Positions 30,673-38,294 of a DNA stretch of 64,000 nucleotides are shown here, piece by piece. The translations under genes and the position numbers were made by a program. The notes under the pieces were generated by a model. The model was given only the letters and a program-made list of their open reading frames with translations. It did no database searches and had not been told where the DNA came from. Within the stretch, counting starts at the first letter, position 1. Each line of letters begins with the position of its first letter. This DNA is from an uncultured delta proteobacterium (GTDB lineage Bacteria; Myxococcota_A; Polyangia; Polyangiales; Polyangiaceae), in NCBI GenBank assembly GCA_963782055.1, contig CAWAIF010000003.1, positions 3,328,001 to 3,392,000 of the forward strand. Reading direction: 5' to 3'.

Positions 30673-31035
30673 TCACTGCTTGGTGATCGTGTCGATCATC
30701 CGCCGCCCGTCATCGGTCTCGGTGAAGCGGAAGCTCACGTGGTCGCCCACGGCGATGCGGTCGAGCTGGTGCGTCGTGCGCGGCTCGAAGGACATGGTCA
30801 TCGCCTTCATGTAGCCGGGGATGTCCTCGTGGGCGATGTTGACGAAGTTGCGCGAGGGGCCGAACGACTTGACCACGCCCCGCGCGTCGTAGGTGTGCCC
30901 CTCCAGGAGCGGCGCCTCGTGCTCGCTCCGCGCCTCGTGCGCGGCGAGCGCGGCCGTTCCGGCCACGCAGAGCACCAGCCCCACCGAGAGCAAGATCCCA
31001 CCGAGCTTCGTCATGTGCTTCGTCCCTCGAGTCAT
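30673..31035 (-). CDS. CusF-like periplasmic copper-binding protein (start 31035 or 31014)
   Basis: Signal peptide, then ARGVVKSF..VNIAHEDIPGYMKAMTMSF..VGDHVSFRF (His plus Met-x-Met Cu(I) site of the CusF OB fold). Confidence 0.85.
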   Translation of the reverse strand: MTRGTKHMTKLGGILLSVGLVLCVAGTAALAAHEARSEHEAPLLEGHTYDARGVVKSFGPSRNFVNIAHEDIPGYMKAMTMSFEPRTTHQLDRIAVGDHVSFRFTETDDGRRMIDTITKQ

Positions 31036-31074
31036 GGGTCACCAGTCCTGGCGCATCTTAAGGCAGCGCGCCCG

Positions 31075-31989
31075 TCAAAACCACGTGTGCACCAGCGTCC
31101 AGTTGAGCCCGAGCGTCGCCGGCTGGTTGCGGCCGAGCCCGGGAGGCACCCACGCGATGCCGGTCTGCATGCGCCAGGTGTCGGAGACGGGGAAGACGGC
31201 GCCGGCGCCCAGCGTCAGGGCGTAGCGCTCGGAGTCCGGCGCGTCGCGGCCGTCGATCGTCGCGTCGCCCTCGTAGGCGAAGGACGCCGAGAGGGCGAGC
31301 GCGATGCCCTCGAAGGTCACGTAGGTGAGCGCGCCCAGCACGCTGATCTGCGGTGCCTCGGTCTCGCTGACCGCGCCCACCGTGCGCGAGGTGCGCGCGG
31401 CGAGGATGCCGGAGAGGTCGACCAGCCACGGCCCCAGGGCCTTCTCGAGCGAGAGGCCGCCGTTGATCTGGAAGGCGCCGATGCCGGTGGCGCCCGCGGC
31501 GAGCGGGCCGGACGCGGACTCCGGCGGCACCCCGGTCGGGAAGGTGATCCCGGCGAGGACCGCGATGCCGGGTACGTACTGCTTCTCCGCCGCCTCGAGG
31601 AAGTCGTAGCGCGCGCTCAGGTTGGCGTCGCCGAAGCCGCCGCCGAAGTCGGTCGTCGCGCCGGCCTTGCGCCGCGTCTCGACGAAGGGGACCAGCGCGG
31701 CGATCTGCGCGCGGCGGAAGAGGCGGACGGCCCCGAAGAGGTCCTGCTCCAGGTCCCACTCGGTGGTGCCCGCCGGGGGCGTGACGTAGTGGCCGCCGGC
31801 GTCGAAGGAGCCGACCAGCGAGCCGAGGCGGAGCTGGGCGCCGACGAGCGCCTTCTCGTGCATGGCGAGGCGTCCGGGGGTGACCGCGCCGGTGCCCGCG
31901 CAGCACGCCTGCGCCCTCGCGCTCCGCGCCCCGGAGAGGCACGCGACCGCGAGGGCCAGGCCGACGGCGGCAGCCCTAGCGGACGACAA
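31075..31989 (-). CDS. Putative outer-membrane beta-barrel transporter with N-terminal Cys-Cys motif
   Basis: Signal peptide ARA|QACCAG; LVPFV..GFGDANLSARY..FPTG..TGIG pattern (MetA/phenol-degradation-like barrel); alternating amphipathic strands; terminal Phe (HTWF). Confidence 0.7.
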   Translation of the reverse strand: MSSARAAAVGLALAVACLSGARSARAQACCAGTGAVTPGRLAMHEKALVGAQLRLGSLVGSFDAGGHYVTPPAGTTEWDLEQDLFGAVRLFRRAQIAALVPFVETRRKAGATTDFGGGFGDANLSARYDFLEAAEKQYVPGIAVLAGITFPTGVPPESASGPLAAGATGIGAFQINGGLSLEKALGPWLVDLSGILAARTSRTVGAVSETEAPQISVLGALTYVTFEGIALALSASFAYEGDATIDGRDAPDSERYALTLGAGAVFPVSDTWRMQTGIAWVPPGLGRNQPATLGLNWTLVHTWF

Positions 31990-32407
31990 CGCTCAGCACC
32001 GTGGTGTCGGCGGTCTGGCCCTGCGTCGCGGCGTGGAGGTCCCACGTCCCGGGCATGAACAGGTCCACGTCGGTAGCCACGTAGCGGCCGGAGCCGAGCG
32101 CGGTGACCGTGGGAACCACCGACGTGCCGTGGCCCATCGTCGGCATCCACGGCGTGACGGTCATGGTGAGGCCATCCACCGGTTGCGAGCTCGCGGCGTC
32201 CTGCACGGTGAGCTCCACCGCGTTGACGCCGCGCACGATGCCGGTGTCCTGGGCGCGCAGGGTGAGCTGCAGCGCCCCGGAGTCGCTCGTCGCGCTGTCC
32301 AGCGCAGCCGGCGCGAAGCGCAGGCTCGCCGGATTGGCCGTGGTCGGTCCGGACGAGGCGCACGCGACGGCGCCGAGCAGCATGGCGCCTGCCAGCCAGG
32401 GTCTCAC
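31976..32407 (-). CDS. YtkA/FixH-like lipoprotein
   Basis: Lipobox AVA-C; PWMPTMGHG metal motif; GRY..LFMPGTW. GTG overlaps the upstream stop (GTGA). Confidence 0.82.
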   Translation of the reverse strand: MRPWLAGAMLLGAVACASSGPTTANPASLRFAPAALDSATSDSGALQLTLRAQDTGIVRGVNAVELTVQDAASSQPVDGLTMTVTPWMPTMGHGTSVVPTVTALGSGRYVATDVDLFMPGTWDLHAATQGQTADTTVLSVVVR

Positions 32408-33027
32408 GGGACGCTCACGTAGAACGCCGCGTGGCCGTGAGGCGAGTCCTCGGTGTCCGTGCACTCCTCGCGGAAGTGGAAGCGCACCGTCCACTGCCCC
32501 GGCTTGTCGAAGCGGATGGGCCCGACGGTGTAGACGCCGGGGGAGGTCTCCGTCGCGTGCGGCGAGGAGTTGGGCGCCGGGTGGGTGTCGTTGAGGAACA
32601 CCTCCAGGTCCGGGTTGGCGTCGGTGAGCGGCGTGCCGTCCACCTTGGTCGTGGCGGTGACGGTGAAGGTCACGTCGGCGTTCTCGCAGACGGGGCTGGA
32701 CGACCACTTCACGTGGTACTTGCAGTCGTCGTCGTCGCCCTCCTGGTTGAACATGGTATCGCCGTAGTCCCCCGTCGCGCCGGCGTCGGGATCGGCCGCG
32801 CCGGCGTCGGCGGTGCAGGCCGCGGGGTCGACGGTCACGACGATCGGCCCGGCGTCGCCGCTGCAGTGGGTGTCGGCGGCGCCGGAGACCGGGCCTCCGG
32901 GGGTGGAGCAACTGGCGTTGTCGCTGGACGTGGAGCACGCGGCGATGACGACGGCGAGCGCGGCGATCGCGCCCGCGGTCCGGATGGAACCTCGAGACGA
33001 AGACAACGAATGGACGTGTACGGACAT
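32404..33027 (-). CDS. YtkA/FixH-like Cys/His-containing lipoprotein
   Basis: SD GGAGG; lipobox IAA-C; DDDDCKYHV, THPAPN, PGVYTVGPIRFDKPGQWTVRFH, SPHGHAAF. Confidence 0.75.
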   Translation of the reverse strand: MSVHVHSLSSSRGSIRTAGAIAALAVVIAACSTSSDNASCSTPGGPVSGAADTHCSGDAGPIVVTVDPAACTADAGAADPDAGATGDYGDTMFNQEGDDDDCKYHVKWSSSPVCENADVTFTVTATTKVDGTPLTDANPDLEVFLNDTHPAPNSSPHATETSPGVYTVGPIRFDKPGQWTVRFHFREECTDTEDSPHGHAAFYVSVP

Positions 33028-33083
33028 GCAGGCCTCCTGCAGACGTGGGAACGTGCGCGCGGACCCCCACCGCGCGAGGTGGA

Positions 33084-33503
33084 TCACGCCGCGAGGGCTC
33101 GAGGAGGCGGGGTGGGCGGCTCGTCCGGACCGCGGGAGCGAAGGGGCAACGGCTGCGGCGCGCGCGTCACCGTGACCACGCGCGGGAGGGGAGCCAGCTC
33201 GGCGGTGAGCCCGGCGGGGCTGCACGTCGGCAGCGCGGGGGCCGGCGCGGGCGGGTCGGTGTCGCAGGTGGAGTGGATGACCGGGTAGGGCGTGGCGCGC
33301 CGCTCCAGCAGGCGCTCGTGCGCCAGAGCCTCGCACTCCGGGCAGTGGCACTCCCCCATCTTCATCCCGCACATGCAGTGATGCTCCTGCACGCCACCCA
33401 GCGCGCGGATCACCGGCATCGTCGCGGGGCCCAGCCACACGGGCGCCAGTACCACGAGCAAGCAGCAGAGCTTGACCACGGCGTGCACCGCAGCCCTGGA
33501 CAT
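33084..33503 (-). CDS. DUF2946/CutF/CruR-like Cys-rich leader protein with C-terminal polyproline motif (139 aa)
   Basis: Hydrophobic N-terminus, HHCMCGMKMGECHCPEC, Pro-rich linker, terminal EPPTPPPR; first gene of the Cu operon. Confidence 0.72.
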   Translation of the reverse strand: MSRAAVHAVVKLCCLLVVLAPVWLGPATMPVIRALGGVQEHHCMCGMKMGECHCPECEALAHERLLERRATPYPVIHSTCDTDPPAPAPALPTCSPAGLTAELAPLPRVVTVTRAPQPLPLRSRGPDEPPTPPPRALAA

Positions 33504-33546
33504 CCTGCGCGGTCTCGCGGAGAGGGCCCGCGCCACCACCGACCGC

Positions 33547-33580
33547 GCGTCGGATTGCAAGGACCCTTGCAATGCGACGC
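33547..33580. promoter_or_regulatory. 34-bp near-perfect palindrome, putative repressor operator
   Basis: GCGTCG-g-ATTGCAAGG-ac-CCTTGCAAT-g-CGACGC in the divergent intergenic region, 44-77 bp upstream of the leader ORF. Confidence 0.65.
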
Positions 33581-33780
33581 CAGGCCGCGGGAAACGGCCA
33601 CGGACCACGCCATCCGACCCTGGCCGAAGGCCGGGCGACGGCTGCAGAGGCGCGCAGAGGAAGGGCCGCCAGGGCATCACGGCTCCTCTGCTATAGATGC
33701 GGGTCGCGCCCGGGGCAAGTCGGCTCATGTGGACTTCCCGCGCGCGATCCCTTATTTCAAGGGCCCCAGAGGACACCCCG

Positions 33781-34008
33781 ATGATCGAATGGCCCCACGA
33801 AGACGCGCAGACCGAAGGCGCCTCGCGAGTTCTCGAGCTGTTCAAGAAGACGGGCTTCGCCGCCCAGCTGGAGGAGGACACCCACACCTGGACCTTCCGG
33901 AGCTGGGCGCGCAGCCCGGAGGCGCCGGCCCGCATGCTGCTGCGCAACGACGCCGGCGAGTCGCGCGCCTTCGTGCGCGAGGTCACCGGGCTCTGGCGCG
34001 TGGAGTAG
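33781..34008 (+). CDS. Small hypothetical protein (75 aa)
   Basis: GAGGA before ATG 33781; coding-like codons; MIEWPHED...VTGLWRVE. Confidence 0.6.
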   Translation: MIEWPHEDAQTEGASRVLELFKKTGFAAQLEEDTHTWTFRSWARSPEAPARMLLRNDAGESRAFVREVTGLWRVE

Positions 34009-34048
34009 CCTCACCCTCCGCCCCTCTCTCCACTGCCTGGAGAGGGGG
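34009..34048. repeat. REP-like palindromic element, copy 1
   Basis: CCTCACCC..CCCCTCTCTCCA-ctgcc-TGGAGAGGGG; similar to 47489-47532; at a convergent junction. Confidence 0.65.
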
Positions 34049-34892
34049 AGGAGAAGGAGGCGAGGAGGGTGCGGTAGGCGGGCTCGGCTTCGGGGAGGCC
34101 GATGGCCACCAGACCCGGGACCACGTCCTCCTCCATGCCGTCGAAGAAGGCGCGCGCGTAGCCGGCGTCGGTGAGCGTGCCGAAGTTGGGCTCGGGCTGC
34201 GCCTCCGGCTCGCCGCGCGCCCACTCCGGCCCGCGGGTGGCGAGGCACAGGCGTGCAAAGTGGGCGAAGAGGCCCGGCAGCTCGCCGGCGAGGCGATCGC
34301 GCTCGCCAGGGTCCGCCTCACGCATCAGCAGGGCGCCCGCCTCCCAGCCGAACTCGCCGTGGAAGGTCTCGTCGACCAGGATGGCCGACACCACCTCCCG
34401 CGCCAGCGGCACGGTGGCCGCGCGCAGCGCGCGCCGGAACATGCGGCCGCTCAGCGTCTCGCCGATGCAGAAGGCGGCGACGAGCATCTGTCGGACGTGC
34501 TCGCGCAGCGAGGCGCCGGCCACCTCGTGGTGGAGGGCGTCGGCGTCGACCTCCGGCGCGGCGGGTCGGCCGAAGGCCTCGCACATGCGCATGCACAGAT
34601 CCGTGTGGCGGACCTCGTCGGCGATCATCCGGGCGAAGGCGCCGGACCAGTCGAGCGGCGCGCCGAGGAGCTGCACGTGGGCCGCCAGCTCGGTGAAGAG
34701 GGTCAGCGAGTGGAGCTCCTGCACCGCCCGCGTGCGCCAGAGGAGCGCGGCGTCGTCGAGCGCGTGGGCGTCGTAGCCCGCCGGATCGAACGCCTCGAAG
34801 TGGACCTCGCCCCGGCGCGGTCGCACCAGGAGCTCGTGCTCCTCGGTCAGCGCGAGGTCCTCGCCGCTGCTGCGGCGCAGCGTGAAGGTCAC
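34011..34892 (-). CDS. Ferritin-like di-iron four-helix-bundle protein (about 293 aa)
   Basis: Ligand pattern E(QELHS)..DEVRH..E(GETL)..DETFH; GTG start 13 nt after the upstream stop. Confidence 0.82.
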   Translation of the reverse strand: MTFTLRRSSGEDLALTEEHELLVRPRRGEVHFEAFDPAGYDAHALDDAALLWRTRAVQELHSLTLFTELAAHVQLLGAPLDWSGAFARMIADEVRHTDLCMRMCEAFGRPAAPEVDADALHHEVAGASLREHVRQMLVAAFCIGETLSGRMFRRALRAATVPLAREVVSAILVDETFHGEFGWEAGALLMREADPGERDRLAGELPGLFAHFARLCLATRGPEWARGEPEAQPEPNFGTLTDAGYARAFFDGMEEDVVPGLVAIGLPEAEPAYRTLLASFSSPSPGSGERGGG

Positions 34893-34905
34893 GGCGCCTT
34901 GCGCG

Positions 34906-35223
34906 CTACCGGGGGAGGCCCCTGGGCGGGGCGTTGATGATGCGCGGGCGGAAGCTCGGCGGGCCGCTCGGCGCGGGCGCCGCGCTGGCGGAGCCGGACG
35001 GCGCGGCGGACGGGGCCGCGCTGTCCGACGGCGCGGGGGTGGCGGTCGCGTTGGTGTGGACCTGCTCGGTCGGCGCCGGCCCGTTGACGTGCGGCTCGGA
35101 GGTGTCCGGCGCGTTGACGCCCGGCGGGTTGTCCTTGGTGCAGGCCACCGCGAGGGTGCCGATGCCCACGAGCGCCACGCCTCGGGTGAGGGCGGTGAGC
35201 CGTTGGAGTCGATGACGTCGCAT
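34906..35223 (-). CDS. Small disordered lipoprotein with repeated xN(A/G)P motifs (105 aa)
   Basis: Arg-rich N-terminus, lipobox AVA-C, motifs GVNAP, HVNGP, HTNAT, IINAP; TAGGCT 6 nt before ATG. Confidence 0.72.
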   Translation of the reverse strand: MRRHRLQRLTALTRGVALVGIGTLAVACTKDNPPGVNAPDTSEPHVNGPAPTEQVHTNATATPAPSDSAAPSAAPSGSASAAPAPSGPPSFRPRIINAPPRGLPR

Positions 35224-35287
35224 GCCCGCAGCCTACCCCAAACGGCTCCCCCCGCCATCCCCGCCGCGCTCCGGCCACCGCAAGACC

Positions 35288-36274
35288 TCAGCGGTCGGAG
35301 TCCACCGCGCGCAGGGTCTCCTCAATCCCGCGGCCCGGCTGGAACGCGAGCACCGTCCGGGCGCGCGTGTCGTCCACCATGCAGACGTAGCGGATGTGGT
35401 CGAGCTCCGGCGCGGGGAAGCTGGTGAGCCGCAGCGAGAACATGCGCTGGAGCGTGGTCTTCGCCAGCGAGTACGGCACCGGCACCCGCTTGCGGCCGAG
35501 GATGGAGATGACGCGCGAGAGGGGCAGCGGCTCCGGCCCCGCCACGTTGAAGATCCCCCGCACGCCCGGCGCGAGCGCGGCCTGGAAGGCGCGCACCACG
35601 TCGCTCTCGTGGATGACCTGCACCATCGGGTCGTAGCCGAGCAGCGTGGGCATGCGCTGCAGGCGCAGGAAGTTGGAGGCGGCGTTGCGCACCGTGCCCA
35701 GGATGTGGACCGGCCGCAGGATGACGGTCTCGGTATCGGGGTGCTTCCAGAAGAAGCTCTGCGCGAGCATGTCGACCTCGATGAGGTCGCGGATCTCGGA
35801 GAAGCGCGCGCCGCCGAGCAGGGGGGCCTCCTCCGTCAAGAACTGCGGGTTGTGTGGCTGCGGGCCGTACACGTTGGCGCTGGAGAGCACCACGAACTTG
35901 GGCACGTGGAACTGCGCGACGTACTCGAGCAGCTTGGTGAAGCCCTCCACGTTCCACGAGTGGTGCTCGGCGGCGGAGGCTCGCGGGTCGTGCATGACGC
36001 CCAGGTGCACCACCGCCTCCACGTCCCCGCCGCGGAAGACCTCCTTCAGCTTCTTGCGGCGCAGGTCGAGCTGCTGGTGCTCCACGTCCTTCGGCTTGTC
36101 GGGGAAGGCGCGGCGATCCACGCCCACGACGGTGCGCTCGCGGTGGAGCACGCGGGCGAGGCGCCGGCCGAGCCGCCCGCAGATGCCCGTCACCACCACC
36201 TTCCCGCCGCCGCGCGGGGCCGTCTTCGGCCCGGACGCGTGCGACCTGGGCTTGGGCTTGGACGCGCGGGGCAT
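35288..36274 (-). CDS. NAD-dependent epimerase/dehydratase family protein
   Basis: VVVTGICGRLG Rossmann motif, VVHLG, SSANVYG, LRPVHILG, GIFNVAG. Confidence 0.85.
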   Translation of the reverse strand: MPRASKPKPRSHASGPKTAPRGGGKVVVTGICGRLGRRLARVLHRERTVVGVDRRAFPDKPKDVEHQQLDLRRKKLKEVFRGGDVEAVVHLGVMHDPRASAAEHHSWNVEGFTKLLEYVAQFHVPKFVVLSSANVYGPQPHNPQFLTEEAPLLGGARFSEIRDLIEVDMLAQSFFWKHPDTETVILRPVHILGTVRNAASNFLRLQRMPTLLGYDPMVQVIHESDVVRAFQAALAPGVRGIFNVAGPEPLPLSRVISILGRKRVPVPYSLAKTTLQRMFSLRLTSFPAPELDHIRYVCMVDDTRARTVLAFQPGRGIEETLRAVDSDR

Positions 36275-36279
36275 CGGCG

Positions 36280-37146
36280 TCACCAGAACACGTGCGGCCT
36301 CTCCATGAGGCCGCGGTTGATCATCGACTGCACCTGGGCCTTGACCACCCACACCTTCTCCTCGATCACCGAGTCGTCGTCGTCGGCGTCGCCGGAGAAG
36401 CGCATCGGCTCGCCGAAGTAGATGCGGTAGCGCGTCGGCAGCGGCAGCGCGCCGCCGGGCAACAGGAGCTGCGGCATGATGGGGAAGGCGGGCATGCGGA
36501 AGAGGCGCGCGAGCGACTCCAGGTTGGCGACCGAGACGTACTGCTCCTCGCCGCCGATGACGGCCACCGGCACGATGGGCGTGTTCGTCTCCACGGCGAG
36601 GCGCATGAAGCCCAGCCCGAACTCGACGAGCTGGTAGCGGTGGTCGAAGGTCTTGGAGATGCCCCGCGAGCCCTCCGGGAAGACGAGCAGCGCCTCGTCG
36701 TGCTCCAGCAGGCGGCGGGCGTTCTCCGGCACGCCGACCACCTGGCCCACGCGCGAGAAGAGCAGGGAGACGAAGGGCAGGGTGCCCGCCCACTTCTCCA
36801 CCATCGCCCGGACGAAGCGCGGGGGCTCGACGTCCATGAACATCGCCGCGCCGATGAGCGCGCCGTCGATGGGCAGCTGCCCGGAGTGGTTGGCGATGAG
36901 CAGCACCCGGCCCTCCGGCACGTTCTTGGCCCCGAAGACCTGCGTGCGGAAGTAGCGGCGGTGCAGCAGCGCGACCGCGGAGAGCGCGTACTTGGTCCAC
37001 TCCGGGTCCTGGCCGAAGGAGTCGACGCCGCTCGGGCCCAGGTTGAGGGGCACGCGACGCAGCCGCTCGTCGAACTCCTCGCCGAGCATGGACGTCATGC
37101 TCCGCTCCACGGCGCGCGTGGCGAGGCCCGTCGCCGCGCGGATCAT
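36280..37146 (-). CDS. Lysophospholipid/glycerol-3-phosphate acyltransferase (PlsC family); start uncertain
   Basis: NHSGQLPID (HX4D), VFPEG, GFMRLA..PIVPVAVIG. Confidence 0.88.
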   Translation of the reverse strand: MIRAATGLATRAVERSMTSMLGEEFDERLRRVPLNLGPSGVDSFGQDPEWTKYALSAVALLHRRYFRTQVFGAKNVPEGRVLLIANHSGQLPIDGALIGAAMFMDVEPPRFVRAMVEKWAGTLPFVSLLFSRVGQVVGVPENARRLLEHDEALLVFPEGSRGISKTFDHRYQLVEFGLGFMRLAVETNTPIVPVAVIGGEEQYVSVANLESLARLFRMPAFPIMPQLLLPGGALPLPTRYRIYFGEPMRFSGDADDDDSVIEEKVWVVKAQVQSMINRGLMERPHVFW

Positions 37147-37373
37147 CTCGCCGCCCAGGCCGCTCCAGCGCGACCTGACGAGCGCGCCTGACGCCCCGTC
37201 GCGCGGTGGCCCCTGGCGCCCCGCCCCGTCCCGTCCGGGATGGCCTTGCTCGCGCAGCACGATCCAAGGACTACGCCGCGGTCGCGCGGGGGGTCAAGCA
37301 CCGGAGGGGAGGGGGACCGGGTCGGTCGCGATTCTCGCCGCGGCGGGGCGCGCGCGATTTACGCTGGACACCC

Positions 37374-38267
37374 ATGCGAGAGCCGCCGCCGCTTCGACCC
37401 GGGGACCGCGTCGCGATCGTGGCCCCGTCCAGCCCGTTCCCGCGGCCGGCGTTCTTCGGCGGGCTGGAGTGGCTGCGCGAGCGCTACGCCCTCGCCGTGC
37501 GCCCGGAGATCCTCGCGCGGAGCGGCTACCTCGCCGGCGACGACGACCGGCGCGCCGCGGAGCTTGGTGGATACATGCAGCAGCCGGGCATCCGCGCCAT
37601 CGTGTGCGCTCGCGGTGGCTACGGGGCGACCCGTATCGCGCGGCGGCTGCCGTGGGACGCCTTCGCCCAGCACCCGAAGTGGATCGTCGGCTTCTCCGAC
37701 GTCACCGCGCTGCTGCTCGAGGCGGCGGCACGCGGCGTCGCGGCGGTGCACGGGGCCAACGTCACCGGCCTGGGTCCCGCCTCCGGCCCTGCCCGCGCGC
37801 GGGTGCGCGCCTCGTGGCTCGCCGCGCTGGAGCGGCCGGGATCGCCGCGGGCGTGGCCCGGTCTGCAGGTGGTGCGCACCGGCCGGGCGAGCGGACCGGC
37901 CTTCGGCGGCAACCTCTCGCTGGTCGCGACGATGGCGGCGGCCGGCACCCTGCGGGTGCCCGACGGCGCGGTGGTGCTGCTGGAGGACGTGACCGAGCGC
38001 CCCTACCGCGTCGACCGCATGCTCACCGCGCTGCTCGACGGGGGCCACCTGGCCCGCGCCTCCGCCTTCGTCTTCGGCTCCTTCGCCCAGTGCACCCCCG
38101 GGCCCGATGGCGTGCGCGTCGAGGAGGTCCTCGCCGACCGCTTCGGCACCCTCGGCGTCCCCGTCGTCACCGGCGCCCCCTTCGGACACACCGACGACAA
38201 CGAGGCCTTCGTCGTGGGCTCCACCGCCACCCTCCACGGCCCCACCCTCACCTTCACCTCCTCGTAG
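37374..38267 (+). CDS. LD-carboxypeptidase (peptidase S66, LdcA family)
   Basis: VAIVAPSS, RGGYG, GFSD (Ser), GGNL, LEDV (Glu), PFGH (His). Confidence 0.92.
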   Translation: MREPPPLRPGDRVAIVAPSSPFPRPAFFGGLEWLRERYALAVRPEILARSGYLAGDDDRRAAELGGYMQQPGIRAIVCARGGYGATRIARRLPWDAFAQHPKWIVGFSDVTALLLEAAARGVAAVHGANVTGLGPASGPARARVRASWLAALERPGSPRAWPGLQVVRTGRASGPAFGGNLSLVATMAAAGTLRVPDGAVVLLEDVTERPYRVDRMLTALLDGGHLARASAFVFGSFAQCTPGPDGVRVEEVLADRFGTLGVPVVTGAPFGHTDDNEAFVVGSTATLHGPTLTFTSS

Positions 38268-38294
38268 GGAGAGGGGGGAGCGGCCGGGATGAGC

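Noticed and set aside
30168..34008. tRNA-anchored genomic island carrying the copper genes
   Set aside because: No integrase, no duplicated tRNA 3' end (att) seen, and no visible compositional shift.
35898..35913. parS-like CACGTGGAAC
   Set aside because: Only a half-site match, inside a CDS and far from parAB. The CACGTGG at about 18934 is likewise too weak.
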